A DNA stretch of 64,000 bases from Rebecca billardiae RCC1528 (Eukaryota > Protista > Haptophyta): positions 1,054,001-1,118,000 of the forward strand of contig OZ251231.1 of NCBI GenBank assembly GCA_965240325.2, read 5' to 3'. The translations under genes were made by a program, and so were the position numbers. Positions 30,961-42,523 of this stretch are shown here, piece after piece. Position 1 is the stretch's first letter. The number at the start of each line of letters is the position of its first letter. The notes under the pieces are model-generated. The model had not been told where the DNA came from, made no database searches, and saw only the letters and a list, made by a program, of their open reading frames with translations.

Positions 30961-31329
30961 ATGGCGGCCGCAGGCGTGGCCGCGTTGTTCCTTTGCCTTC
31001 CTTTCGCCTACCAGGGCTCCTCACTTGCACGCAGTGTGCACGCCTGCCCACGCCGGTATCCCGCCTGCGTACGTGCTCGCCCGTCGCTCGGCTTGTTCGA
31101 TGCGCTGGACGACATTCGAGAGTACATCGACCAGCTTGGCGGCTACGACGAGTCCTTCTCTGAGCTGCAGCTCAAAGGCGAGGCTGAGCTGAAAGCGCCT
31201 GAAGGGCCTCGGGAAGTGGACAAGGGCACCATCGACGTGTTCCTTGTCGGGTTGATCATTTTCCCTGTGGTGATTCTGCTGTACGTCGGAGCTCAGATCG
31301 AAGCTACCCATCCCTACCTCTTCAAATGA
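30961..31329 (+). CDS. Small membrane protein with possible bipartite (signal + transit) plastid-targeting N-terminus
   Basis: Hydrophobic N-terminus, basic/Ser-rich segment, acidic core, C-terminal TM VFLVGLIIFPVVILLYV; divergent from the helicase. Confidence 0.55.
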   Translation: MAAAGVAALFLCLPFAYQGSSLARSVHACPRRYPACVRARPSLGLFDALDDIREYIDQLGGYDESFSELQLKGEAELKAPEGPREVDKGTIDVFLVGLIIFPVVILLYVGAQIEATHPYLFK

Positions 31330-33246
31330 TCAGCATAACTCGGCGCACCAACTGACAACGGATGCAATCCGCACCAGCGCCGCCGACAGTCACATGGGGG
31401 CGACGCTAGCCGGAGGGCGACGGTGCGCAGCTCGCCCTTTAAGGTTGCGTACCGTCGGATGGGCGATTTATCGGACGCAATAATAAATCAAGCCAGATTC
31501 AAGGTGAAGGACAGATTAACTAGGCCACACGCCCACGGCACACAGTCACAGGAATCGTGTCGAATCTCAGCCGTATGATGAGAGTGAGACGGCTGAGACC
31601 CGCTGATGAGAGTGAGACAGCCGAAGGAGTCGTCAGTCAACTTTTCTGCGTATCAGTCGAACGCCATGGTGAACTCCAGCCTGGTTTCTAATTCTGCGGC
31701 CGCTGCGCGCTCCAGCGCAAGTGAGCCAAGTCCACTGTACGCATGGACGCGTGCGCCCAGCTGCGCGGCGCGCGCGGCGATCCGCCGGTCCAGGCCGATG
31801 CCCTCGCATCGCCGATCGATCGCGAAGAACGAGAGGTACTCGATACTCGTCGCGCCCCGAGCCAACGTGCAACGACGAGGACCCCATGCGCCCCACGTCC
31901 ACGAAGCGCACGGCACCGTCGCCGAGCAGCGCCACCAGCGGCGCTGCTGGCGCTGCTCGGCGACGGCGCACGCAGCTGTCAATCGGCGCGCGCGCCGCGC
32001 GCCGTGCACGCGCAAAGGCGCGCTTCGCCATCACGTAAACCAGCGCGCGTCGACTGCGCCGAGCGGCAGCTCGAGAGCCCCGGCCGCGCGAGCCGCGCCG
32101 CAACCTCCGCGGCGTCTGCGCCCGACAGCAGGCCTGCGAGGTTCGGCTGGCGGCAGCCGCGCTTGCTCGAGCTTTGAGAGCAAGGAGGAGGCCGGCTGCT
32201 GCGCCTACCTGTCCCAGCCGGGGCACGCGCGCTCGAGCTCGGCGCGGTGCACGGGCCCTCCGTGCGCCGCGTGGAAGAGGCACACTGAGTGCGCCCAGAG
32301 GTGCTCCAGCCCGACGAACACACGAGCAGCAGGCGTGGCGCGCCCGCCACCCGCGGCGGGCGCCTCGCGCGGTGCCGCGCCGCGCGTCGGTTCGCCGACC
32401 GCGTACGCACCCGGTGCCCGAGCTGCCGGTGGGGCGAGCAGCTGCACGGCTCGGCTCGCCATCCACGCGGCCGATGCCATCGCCGCGCCACCCGACGGCG
32501 CCGCGGGCGTGGGCCCGAGGGGCGGCGGGGCGTGGCACACATGGCCGCTCAGCATCTTGGCAAAGCAGCCGTCGAGCCATCGCGTCCTGAGCGCCTTGCT
32601 CCTGTTGGACGCCCGCGAGCGCACGTTGCGCTCGGCCATATTGCTCGGTAGCTGCCCGCTCGGTGGGAGCGGATGCTTTCGCATCAATTCGAGCACGCGC
32701 GCGACGGGGATGCGCAGAGCAGCACCAGCTGGCTGCGATCCTCACCCGCATCCATCCGCGCGCGCTCGTCGTCGAAGGTCAGCCCCTTCGCCATGCTCGA
32801 TGGCGCCCGGCGGCTGAAGCGCGAGCACTCGCACACGCGCAGGCGCGCCAGCTCTGCCCAGCTCAGGCGGCGCTCAAAGTCGTCCGACCACATGCGCAGT
32901 CGCGTCACACGTGGTGCACGCCCGCGTGCGCAAACGGGAAGTGTACGTACGCGGCGCTGCGCAGCGCGTGTGAGGTTTCGTACGTCACCGGCGGAGCCCA
33001 AAGCAAGTCATCTGGCCGCACGCCCAGCGTCAGCGTCTCGTGCAAGCATGGCAGCAGGACGGCCACGCGCATGCCGGCCGCCATCTCGGGGATGACGCGA
33101 GCATCATTTTCGTCGCGTCCACTCGATCGGCTTGTTTTCTTTTCCCTGCCCCGACCCAGATAAAATCGTCCAGTGGCGCGCCGCCATCGTGCGCTCTTGC
33201 CGACCTAACAAGGTGGCGCTCGACGCGAGCGCGTCCGCCGACAGCC

Positions 33247-34795
33247 ATGGGCAACCCGGAGGGCGATGGTGCGCAGCTCATCTCGCGCCCCTGCGCTGGG
33301 GCCGCGTGCTCCTGCCAGCCTCGCGCGCGTCTCCACCCTCCTCTCTCAGCCCCTGGGCCCGCCCACCCCCGCGCGCCCCCATGCCGCGCGACCAGGCATC
33401 TACTCGTACTACCAATCCAAGATTGAGGAGCTCGAGGTCACCGTGCGCGAGAAGACGAAGAACCTGAGGCGACTGGAAGCGCAGCGCAATGAGCTGAACT
33501 CCAAGGGTGCGCGTCCCCGTCTGCGCCGCGCTCCCATCGCGCGTGCACGACCGCACGCTGCACGATAGCTGACGCAGCACGCTCTGCTGCCTGGTGGCTT
33601 CCGTGCGCCTGCGTGCGCGCGCAGTGCGCATGCTGCGCGAGGAGTTGCAGCTGCTGCAGGAGCCGGGGTCGTACGTGGGCGAGGTGACGAAGGTGATGGG
33701 CCGCAAGAAGGTCCTCGTCAAGGTGTGCGCGCGCGCGCCTTGCCATGCCCTCGCACGCGCCGTTCTGCGCGCCCGCGCGGCCGCAGGCGCTCACCGCGGC
33801 ACGCGCACCGCGCGCGCACCACCGCCGCGCGCGCGCAGGTGCACCCCGAGGGCAAGTACGTCGTCGACGTGGACAAGTCGATCGACATCACGACGCTGAA
33901 CACGAACGACCGCGTCGCGCTGCGCAACGACTCGTACACGCTGCACATCGTGCTCCCGTCCAAGGTGGACCCACTCGTCTCGCTCATGAAGGTCGAGAAG
34001 GTTCCGGACTCGACGTACGACATGATCGGCGGGCTGGACAAGCAGATCAAGGAGATCAAGGAGGTGATCGAGCTGCCGATCAAGCACCCCGAGCTCTTCG
34101 AGGCGCTCGGCATCCAGCAGCCCAAGGGCCTGCTCATGTACGGCCCGCCAGGCACGGGCAAGACGCTGCTCGCGCGCGCGGTCGCGCACCACACCGACTG
34201 CACGTTCATCCGAGTCTCGGGCTCGGAGCTGGTTCAGAAATACATCGGCGAGGGCTCGCGGATGGTTCGCGAGCTGTTCGTGATGGCGCGCGAGCACGCG
34301 CCTTCGATCATCTTCATGGACGAGATCGACTCGATCGGCTCGTCGCGCGTCGAGGGCGAGTCTGGCGGCGACTCGGAGGTGCAGCGCACGATGCTCGAGC
34401 TGCTCAACCAGCTCGACGGCTTCGAGTCGTCGCAGAACATCAAAGTGATCATGGCGACAAATCGGATCGACATCCTCGACTCGGCGCTGCTCCGCCCCGG
34501 CCGGATCGATCGGAAGATCGAGTTCCCCAACCCGAATGAGGACGCACGCGCCGACATCCTGCGCATCCACTCGCGCAAGATGAACCTCATGCGCGGCATC
34601 GACCTCAAGAAGATCGCCAACATGATGACGGACGCGTCGGGCGCCGAGAGCAAGGCGGTGTGCACGGAGGCGGGCATGTTCGCGCTGCGCGAGCGCCGCG
34701 TGCACGTAACGCAGGACGACTTTGAGATGGCGGCGGCGAAGGTGATGAAGCGTGACAGCGAGAAGAACACCTCCCTCAAGATGCTGTGGAAGTGA
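33247..34795 (+). CDS. RPT6: 26S proteasome regulatory AAA-ATPase subunit RPT6 (PSMC5); exons 33247-33268, 33396-33506, 33625-33722, 33839-34795
   Basis: YYQSKIEEL...[68 protein letters not shown]-terminal KMLWK. Three GT-AG introns with consistent phases. Confidence 0.97.
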
Positions 34796-35274
34796 GGTCA
34801 CGCTGTCGGCCAGCCGGCCACTGGCCAGCCGAGATCGGAGATGAGTACCGTATGAGTGAGCTGCGCACGGGTCCGGATGTCGTCGCGGCGGCCGTTGGCG
34901 TTGCACTTCGGCAGCAGGCACCGCTGAGGCTTCAATACGGTCATATTCATTGTGATTGAGTATTGGCGGCGGCGTTGATCAGTCAATTCAGTCATCAGAC
35001 GACGAGTGATGACCGTTCACGTTGAGACTTGAGTGCGCTGACTCAGCGGTCATCACTCAACAGTTCCAACGAGCGCTCCATAGTTACTACAGCACGTCCA
35101 GAAGCCGCACCCTTGACTCCCTTGCCTTGGCCCAGCCCTCCACTCTCAATTACTCCGATCGGGAGATCCACTGCGCGGCAGGCGGAGGGGCCGCCTTGTC
35201 AGAGATATCGCGATCCAGTCCGTCCCGCCTTTTTTCTTGATGATGCGATAACGACCGCAGCTAGGCTCGTGGCA

Positions 35275-35588
35275 GCTGACTAATGTCTAATCCGCAGCCG
35301 GACTGCCCGAGGCCGCAGACGTCCGCTCCATGCCGCTTCGGCTAACCAGCCGGATCGCTCGGGCCATGCAGGAAGCCACGGATCCAAGGCCAGGCCCAGG
35401 CGCGCGGACACCGCACCTTCCGCCTTCGCCTGTGCCGATCGAACCCGGGAGCGACGCACCCGCGCGCACGGGCCTCATAATCTAGTCATCCACACAGTAG
35501 TGGACGACAGTTATATCGTTATTCGTTACAGCAGGGCGGAGCTCTGGCCACGGCTCGGACGCGGATTGCCGCGGATTAACTAGTCAGC
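35275..35588. mobile_element. Possible MITE (~315 bp) with imperfect ~22-bp inverted ends
   Basis: Left GCTGACTAATGTCTAATCCGCAGC vs reverse complement of right end GCTGACTAGTTAATCCGCGGC; no clear TSD. Confidence 0.3.
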
Positions 35589-35735
35589 ATCAATTAAAGA
35601 TCTTATTAATTTTGAAGACTAGTTCTGAAGAATCTGAAGAGCTGTATGTGCCGCGTCTCTTATTCTTAGTAAACTGTAGTGCCCGCGATGCGCGCTCCAC
35701 GCTGCGCGCTCCGCCCTGCACCGCGGACCATCATA

Positions 35736-37577
35736 TCAATCATCGTCAGCCGTACGTATGTCACGCACCCGTCGACCCGCCACCCGCCCACCCGGCACAG
35801 CAGCCGCTGTCGAGACCGCCGCTCCTAAGACTGCGGTCGGTGCCGCGGGAGGTTTAGAATGGACGGCTCGCTGCGCCTTCCCTGGGAGCGGCTGCGGAGG
35901 CAAGGGCTCTGCCGCGCCGTCGACGCCGCCAGCGTGCGCTGCCTGCGTGGTCGTGCGCCACATGCCGAGCAGCCGCTCAGCTTCGCGCTCGCCGCTCTCA
36001 ATCGCCCCATGCACTGTCCCAAAGTGCGCCCGCGACGTGGCCTCGCCCGCGAGGAGAAGCCGCGGCACACCGGCGGCGCCGCTGCCGCCAGCGACCAGTG
36101 GGCGCGCGAGCTCGTCGGCGGCATCGCGCGGTGCGTGCGCGAGGGGGAAGGAGTAGGCGCCGCCAAAGTTCGGGTTGGCGGCCCACGACGTGGCGCGACA
36201 GCCGACCGGACGCCAGCCGAGCTGTGCCCAGAAGGGCTCGAGCGCGCTCGTCAGCTCGGCCAGCAGCTCTGGCTCCGGTCGTCCAGACACCGCCCGCGCC
36301 GCGTCGCCCGTGAGCCAGCCGACCAGCGAGCTCTCTGCGAGCCCGACCTCGCCGGCGGTGAGTCGGTACAGACTGCGCGGCCACTCGGCGCGCGGGGGCG
36401 CTGCGGCGCGCTCGGAGCACGGCGGGGGCGCCGTCCACAGCAGGCACACGCTGGGCGGCGGCGGGCGCGTGCCACTCCCGCCCGCGCCCGGCAACGCCCC
36501 CCCTGCCGGCGCGCCGCCGGCCGTCAGATCGGCCGCACTCGTCACGGGCTCGAGGTCGGCGGCCGCGGCCTCTGCCTGTGTCCCCTCCGCGCCGCCGGCC
36601 GTCAGATCGGACGCACATGTCATTGGCTCGAGGTCGACATGCACTTTCTCGACGGCGCCGAGGCGCAGCGCGCCGAGGGCGGCTTGCGTGCGCGGCGGGA
36701 GTGGTGGTGAGAAGTCGACGCGCTGCAGGGCCTCGAGCGAGGCCGTCATCACCACCGCGTCCACGGCGAAGCTCTCGCCGCCGTCGCAGCGCACCGTCAC
36801 GGCGCGCTCGCCGCCCGCGTCGTCGTCAATGTCGATCGCAGCCACTCGCGTGCCGAGGTGGAGCGCGCCTGCCGCGGCGAGCGGCGCAGCGAGTGCATCG
36901 GTCAGCCTGGAGAACCCGCCCGGCATGCGCACGTGCGCGCCGGGCAGCTCCTCGTAGTTTGCGAATCCGACCAGCCCTTCCTCGCGCAGGGCCCCGCAGC
37001 CGTCGCTCGCGCACTGCAGGCCCTCCGCCCAGCGGCGCGCCGCCTCGAGCAGCGGCACGTCCTGGTGCTGGGCGGCGAGCTCGGGCAGCGCGCGGGACCA
37101 GGCGGCGTGCACGTGCTCGCCGAGCGTCTGCGCGTGGGCGGGCGCCGCCGTCGCCGCGCCCGTCTCGCACTCGTCGATCGCGGCCGAGATCACGCGCCGC
37201 GCCGCGCGCACCGCTGCCGCGTCCACGCTCTTCCCGTCGTCGCGGAGCCACACGCAGGCGTGGTCTCCCCGCCTCGGCGTCGCGCGCGGGTTTGGGCGCT
37301 CCTCCATGAGCCCGAGCTCGCATGCCAGCTCGAACGCGCGGTTGCCCACGATCCCGTGGATCCACGTCGCGCCAAGCTCGCACGCGTCCGCCGCCGTCCA
37401 GACCCGACCGCCCGCGCGCTCGGACGCCTCGAGCAGGACGACCTCGACGCCGCTGCTCGCCAGTCGGCGTGCACAGGCGAGGCCCGCCGGGCCAGCGCCA
37501 ACGACCGCGCACGAGCGTCGGCCGCCGTCGGCTCCGGGGAGGAGCGTGCTGAGCGACATGAGCGTCGCGGCCAGCAT
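35736..37577 (-). CDS. Flavin-containing amine oxidase (polyamine/spermine oxidase-like)
   Basis: VVGAGPAGL, LEASERAGGRV, ELGATWIHG, GFSRL, GAVEKV, W...P...GAYS, AGEAT...GTVHGAIESGEREA. Confidence 0.9.
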   Translation of the reverse strand: MLAATLMSLSTLLPGADGGRRSCAVVGAGPAGLACARRLASSGVEVVLLEASERAGGRVWTAADACELGATWIHGIVGNRAFELACELGLMEERPNPRATPRRGDHACVWLRDDGKSVDAAAVRAARRVISAAIDECETGAATAAPAHAQTLGEHVHAAWSRALPELAAQHQDVPLLEAARRWAEGLQCASDGCGALREEGLVGFANYEELPGAHVRMPGGFSRLTDALAAPLAAAGALHLGTRVAAIDIDDDAGGERAVTVRCDGGESFAVDAVVMTASLEALQRVDFSPPLPPRTQAALGALRLGAVEKVHVDLEPMTCASDLTAGGAEGTQAEAAAADLEPVTSAADLTAGGAPAGGALPGAGGSGTRPPPPSVCLLWTAPPPCSERAAAPPRAEWPRSLYRLTAGEVGLAESSLVGWLTGDAARAVSGRPEPELLAELTSALEPFWAQLGWRPVGCRATSWAANPNFGGAYSFPLAHAPRDAADELARPLVAGGSGAAGVPRLLLAGEATSRAHFGTVHGAIESGEREAERLLGMWRTTTQAAHAGGVDGAAEPLPPQPLPGKAQRAVHSKPPAAPTAVLGAAVSTAAAVPGGRVAGRRVRDIRTADDD

Positions 37578-37709
37578 GCGCGGTCGTCAACGCCGCCGAC
37601 GAGGACGGGCACGATGGCGGCGGTGGCATGCAGTTCGAGCCTGGCAGCCGGTGGCGGGTGGAGCTCGAAGCAAGAACGTGGCCGCGACCTCGGCGTCTTG
37701 TCCTCAAGC

Positions 37710-40700
37710 ATGTCGACCGAGGCCGACAACGCCGCGGGCGCTCTCGGGCGGCTGCAGCTCGCCAGCGGCGACGCCGGCGAGGCGGACGCGGTGGAGGAGG
37801 GCGGGTTCTTCACCGAGCCGTGCCTTCACGCCGACCGCATCGCCTTCGTGTGCCGCGGTCGTCTGTGGATGATCCAGCTCGAGGCCGAGGGCAAGTCGCC
37901 AGCCATTCCCGTCCGCGTGGCGCCTGAGCTGGGAGCCGTGAGCTCACCGTGCTTCTCCGCGGACGGCGCGTGGATCGCATGCGCAGCATGCCGCGAGGAC
38001 GGCGCCGTCGAGGTCTTCGTCGCCCCGACACCGCCGGCGCGCGGTCGGCGCGTGCAGCAGCTGACGTGGCTCGGCGCGCACACGCAGCCGGTCGGCTGGA
38101 GCGCAGACGGCGAGTACGTGCTCGTCCGCAGCGACGCGGAGCACCCGCTCGGAAGCCACGAGCTCATGCGCGTCCCGACGCGAGGGGGCTCGTGCGTGGC
38201 GCTGCGCCTCGGTCCGGCCGAGCACCTCGCTCGCGCTTCGGGTCGAAGCGGCGCGCACGCGTGCCTGCTCGGCCGCCACACGCTGGCCGAGCACTGGCGC
38301 GGGTACGCGGGCGGGCAGACAGGGCAGCTGTGGCTGGGGCTGCTCGCCGAGGACGTGGCGCTCGCGCCCGACGCGGGCGCGCGCGGCTCGTGGCGCCTGC
38401 TCCGCCTGCTGACCGCCGACGGCGCGGGTGGCGCATGGCATGCCACCCACCCAATGCTGACGGCCGCACCAGCTCCCGCGGCGGCGGCCGATGCGCCCGC
38501 TGCGTTGGTGTGCTTCGTGGCGGCGGCGCCCGACGGCGGTGATGATGCGGTGCGCAGCGTGTGGGCCGCGCCCGTCGTCCTCCCCGCCGAGGGCGCCCAG
38601 GACGCGCCCACCGAGCCGCTCGCGACCGGCGCGCCCGTGCGCCTCACAGGCCACGACCACTTTAGCGTTGCCAGCGCTTCGCTCGACGCGGCGCCGGCGG
38701 CCGGGGCGGCGTCGGCGCGCGTGCGCATCGTCTCCGAGTGCGCGGGCGAGCTGTGGCTCACCGAGCTCGACCCGCACGCCCCGACCTCCCCGGCGTCGCG
38801 CCGCGTGCCGCTCCGCTGGGAGTCGGCCCTACTGCACGCCCCAGCAGGCGAGCTGCTCACGGATGTGGCCGATGCGGCGAGCTCCGTGCTCGTGCATCCG
38901 GACGGGCACACGGTGCTGGTGCACGTCTCCGGCATGCTCGTCGAGCTGCCGCTGTGGCAGGGCCCCGGCGTGCAGCTCAGCCCGCCGCTGCCGCCCGCCG
39001 GCGCCATGCCGCCCGGCGCGGCGGCCGTGCGCGGTCTGCTCGGCGACGACGATTATTGCGCCGCGTCGCGCGTGCTGGGCAGCTGCTATCTGCACGACGG
39101 CGGGATCGCGGCGCTGGTCGCCGAGCTGGCCGCCGCCGACGCGGACGCGCCGGCGCTCGTCGTGTGGCCCGCGCTGCGCGACGGCGAGCGCCTGCGCCGC
39201 CTGCCCCGCCGCTCGCACGCGCGCGTCGAGACCGGGCTGCCGACCGAGCTCGCGGCTTCTCCCGTCGACAGTTGGGTCGCGGTCGCGAACGCGCAGCTGG
39301 AGGTGCGGCTGCTGCGGCTGCGGGAGAGCGGGCGCGACCACTGCGAGGCGCTGGACCGCAGCGAGCACTCGGGCGGCATCTTCGACCTCGCGTGGTCGCC
39401 CGACGGCCGCTGGCTCGCCTACGCCTCCGCCAGCCTGCCGGATGCGCAGGCGAGTCGAGTCCGTGTGTGCGAGGTCCGCACCGGCGCTTGCCACGACGTG
39501 ACCAGCGGCGACTTTGCCGACACGTCGCCGGCGTGGGACCTGGACGGACGGTTCCTCTACTTCGTGGGCGCGCGGTTCCTGCGCCGCCCCGTCGCGGACG
39601 ACGTCGTCTTCGGCTTCGCGCTCAGCGGCGCCCAGCGCCTCTTCGCCGTGCCGCTCCGCAGCGACAGCCCGAGCCCGATGGTGCAGGAGCCGCGCCCGCC
39701 CGGGCGCGCGGACGAGGAGGAGGACGACGACGAGGGCGAGGGGAGCGACGACGGGTACGGGCGGGGCGGCGGCGGAGGGCGCGGCGGCTCGAAGGGCGCG
39801 CGGCACGACGCGCACGCCGGCGGCAGCGCCTCCCAGCAGCGCTCGCACCACCACCACCACCACGGCGGCGGCGGCGGCGGCGGCAAGCGGCCGGCGCGTC
39901 GGGACGATCGAGACCAGGAGTCTGAAGACGGGGAGATCGACGTCGAGATCGAGCTTCCCGGACTCACCGAGCGCGCGGTGCCGCTGCCCGTGCTCCCCGG
40001 CCGGCTGGAGCAGCTCCGCTGCGCCGACGACGGCTCGCTCCTCTTCGTGCGCATGCCCGTCGAAGGCGAGGACGACGGCGGCGCAGAGTGGAGCGCGGGC
40101 GCGCGCGCCGCGCGGCGCGGCAGGGGCGCGCGGCGCGACGGCCCTCGGCACGCGCCGCGCGCGGGCGCGCGCAGCATGCCGCGTGCGGGCGTCGGCGCGG
40201 GCCGCGCGCGCGCCGCGCCGCGCCGCGGCCTCGGCCGCGCGCCGCACCGGCGCCCTCGCCGCGACGCCGGCCTCGTCGACGGCGGGCTCGACGAGCTCTG
40301 GCCGGGTGCACACGCTGATGACTTTGCGCCTGACGCGGACAGCGGCGCGGCGGCCGCCGCGAGCAGCCGGCCTGGCGCGCTGTGCCGGTTCGACGTGGAG
40401 CTGGCGAAGGAGACGCGGCTGGTGGAGGGCGTGTGGGAGCACACGCTCTCCATGTGCGCGCGCGAGGTCGCCCTCTTTGGACTGGCCTCCCACGGCGGCA
40501 CCGAGCTGCGCGTGCTCGAGGCGGGAATCAAACTTCGGGACGAAGATTCCGACGGCGAGTCCATCGACCTGGATAGTCCGGGAGAGCGCTCCGGACTGAT
40601 CGACCTCCCGCGCCGCGCGCGGGTGCGGTGCGGGAGCACGCGCGCGAGGCTGTGCGCCGGGTTCGACGAGGCGTGCTCGCTGCTGCGCCACCACTGCGCC

Positions 40701-42149
40701 GCCGGGCCGCCCGTCTGCGCCACCGCCGCCGACGCGCACGCCTGGCGCGGCACGGTCGCGCGATACGCACAGCTGCTGCTTCGGCGCGCGGAGGATGCGG
40801 CGGACGTGCGCGTCGTGCTCTCCCGGCTGGCGTGGACGCTCGGGGTGTCCCACGTCTCGATCGGCGGGGACGGCGACGGCGCGAGCGTGCCGCGGCAGGG
40901 CACGCTCGGCGTGCGAGTCGAGGACGGCCCGCCGCCGGCCGCGGCTGGCGGCGGCGGCGGCGGCAGCGGCGGCAGCGGTGGCAGCGGCGGCAGCGGTGGC
41001 AGCGGCGGCAGCGGTGGCAGCGGAGCCGGCGATACAGCCGGTGCGCTCTCACCGCCGTGCGGCGGGCTCGTGGTGCGCGCTGTCGTGCGTGGCGACGGCT
41101 GGGACGAGCGCGCCGTCGGGCCGCTGTCGATGGCGGGCTCGAGGGTGCGCGAGGGCGAGGTCCTCCTCGCGGTGAACGGCATGCCGCTCGGCGCGCCACC
41201 CGCCGCCGCCGCCGCCGGGGTGACGGCTGGCGCGGCCGAGCCGCCGCCACCAGGCTCGGTGGCGTGGGCGGCGCAGCCGCAGCGCCCACGGCCGCTCGGG
41301 CAGAGCCTTGACGGATTCGCTGGGACGCACGTCTTCCTGACCGTGGCCGCGGCGCCGCCGAGTAGCGCGGCTGCGGCCAAGAAGGGCGGCGGCGGCGGCG
41401 GCGGCGGCAAGCACAAGCAGAGGCGCGGCAAGGGCGGCGGCGAAAACGCGGCCGCCGCCGCCGCCGCCGAGGTGCGCACCCTCCGCGCGCGCGTGATCTC
41501 GCGTGAGACGGAGCGGCGCGCGCGGTACGCGGATGCCGTGCGCGCCGCGCGCGCGCGCGTGCACGCGGTCGGCCGGGGCGCCGTGGGCTACCTCCGGCTG
41601 AGCGACATGGAGACGGGCGGATACGCCGAGCTCTGCCGAGGCCTGCTCGTCGAGTCGGCGCGCGGCGCACTCATCGTGGACGTGCGCGCCAACTCTGGCG
41701 GCTACGTGTCCGAGCTCGCGCTCCGGCAGCTGCTGCAGCCGCCGATCCTCAGCCTCGCGCCGCGGCACGGCGCGCGGTCGGCATACCCGGAGAACGCCAA
41801 GGCGACGCTCGTCGTGCTCACCGACGAGCTCACCAGCTCGGATGGCGAGATGCTTGCGCACGCGCTGCGGCACGCGCGCGGCGCGCGCGTCGTCGGCGGC
41901 CGCACGTGGGGCGGAGTGCTGGCGGCAGAGGCCTTCGAGATCGAGTCCGGCTGCGGGGGCGTCGTGTCCATGCCGACGGCGCGCATGCTGCCCATCGCGG
42001 ACGGCGCCGCGCTCGAGAACGCCGGCGTCGAGCCCGACGTTGCGTGCCCGCCGCTCGCACCGGGCGCGTTCTGCGCGGCCGCGGAGGGCGAGGACCCTGG
42101 GCTCGAGGCGGCACTGCGCGCACTCGCGACCGTGTTTGCCTCGTCGTAA
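37710..42149 (+). CDS. Tricorn protease (peptidase S41; beta-propeller, PDZ-like and catalytic domains)
   Basis: IAFV...LW, FSADG.WIA, LTWLGA, WRGYAGGQTGQLW, WSPDGRWLAY, PAWDLDGRFLYF, LGVSH, VGYLRLSDM, IVDVRANSGGYVS, SSDGE (catalytic Ser), RTWGGV, ENAGVEPD. Start 37710 or 37614; possible intron near 40100-40260. Confidence 0.88.
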   Translation: MSTEADNAAGALGRLQLASGDAGEADAVEEGGFFTEPCLHADRIAFVCRGRLWMIQLEAEGKSPAIPVRVAPELGAVSSPCFSADGAWIACAACREDGAVEVFVAPTPPARGRRVQQLTWLGAHTQPVGWSADGEYVLVRSDAEHPLGSHELMRVPTRGGSCVALRLGPAEHLARASGRSGAHACLLGRHTLAEHWRGYAGGQTGQLWLGLLAEDVALAPDAGARGSWRLLRLLTADGAGGAWHATHPMLTAAPAPAAAADAPAALVCFVAAAPDGGDDAVRSVWAAPVVLPAEGAQDAPTEPLATGAPVRLTGHDHFSVASASLDAAPAAGAASARVRIVSECAGELWLTELDPHAPTSPASRRVPLRWESALLHAPAGELLTDVADAASSVLVHPDGHTVLVHVSGMLVELPLWQGPGVQLSPPLPPAGAMPPGAAAVRGLLGDDDYCAASRVLGSCYLHDGGIAALVAELAAADADAPALVVWPALRDGERLRRLPRRSHARVETGLPTELAASPVDSWVAVANAQLEVRLLRLRESGRDHCEALDRSEHSGGIFDLAWSPDGRWLAYASASLPDAQASRVRVCEVRTGACHDVTSGDFADTSPAWDLDGRFLYFVGARFLRRPVADDVVFGFALSGAQRLFAVPLRSDSPSPMVQEPRPPGRADEEEDDDEGEGSDDGYGRGGGGGRGGSKGARHDAHAGGSASQQRSHHHHHHGGGGGGGKRPARRDDRDQESEDGEIDVEIELPGLTERAVPLPVLPGRLEQLRCADDGSLLFVRMPVEGEDDGGAEWSAGARAARRGRGARRDGPRHAPRAGARSMPRAGVGAGRARAAPRRGLGRAPHRRPRRDAGLVDGGLDELWPGAHADDFAPDADSGAAAAASSRPGALCRFDVELAKETRLVEGVWEHTLSMCAREVALFGLASHGGTELRVLEAGIKLRDEDSDGESIDLDSPGERSGLIDLPRRARVRCGSTRARLCAGFDEACSLLRHHCAAGPPVCATAADAHAWRGTVARYAQLLLRRAEDAADVRVVLSRLAWTLGVSHVSIGGDGDGASVPRQGTLGVRVEDGPPPAAAGGGGGGSGGSGGSGGSGGSGGSGGSGAGDTAGALSPPCGGLVVRAVVRGDGWDERAVGPLSMAGSRVREGEVLLAVNGMPLGAPPAAAAAGVTAGAAEPPPPGSVAWAAQPQRPRPLGQSLDGFAGTHVFLTVAAAPPSSAAAAKKGGGGGGGGKHKQRRGKGGGENAAAAAAAEVRTLRARVISRETERRARYADAVRAARARVHAVGRGAVGYLRLSDMETGGYAELCRGLLVESARGALIVDVRANSGGYVSELALRQLLQPPILSLAPRHGARSAYPENAKATLVVLTDELTSSDGEMLAHALRHARGARVVGGRTWGGVLAAEAFEIESGCGGVVSMPTARMLPIADGAALENAGVEPDVACPPLAPGAFCAAAEGEDPGLEAALRALATVFASS

Positions 42150-42523
42150 TCATCGTGATGATGGCCAGCGCATGCCATCGATCAGCAGAATATGTGACTG
42201 ACTACCGTATACCACTACTACTACGATATAGTACAGCATAGCATCGCGATCGAGTGGCTGCGGGGTCAACCGAATAAGCTGCCAGCTGGATCCGAGCCCC
42301 ACTTCATCTCGTATCTACAGTCTATACTATCTGGCAGTGCCCGCCTCATCAATGCTGCGTGCATCAGCGTGTCCGTGAGGACTGACGTGTCCGTGTCGGC
42401 TGTCATAAATAAGGCGGGCGCCGAAGCTGGCGCAGCTGTGCACTCATGTGCGGCGCCGCTTGACCTCCTCGTGGCGGAGGCCGATCTATCTTCCGCCACG
42501 CCACTCACCCCACTGTCGAGTCA

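Noticed and set aside
36858-37709. N-terminal extension of the 1763-aa ORF
   Set aside because: Mostly overlaps the amine oxidase gene antisense; tricorn similarity starts only after ~37800.
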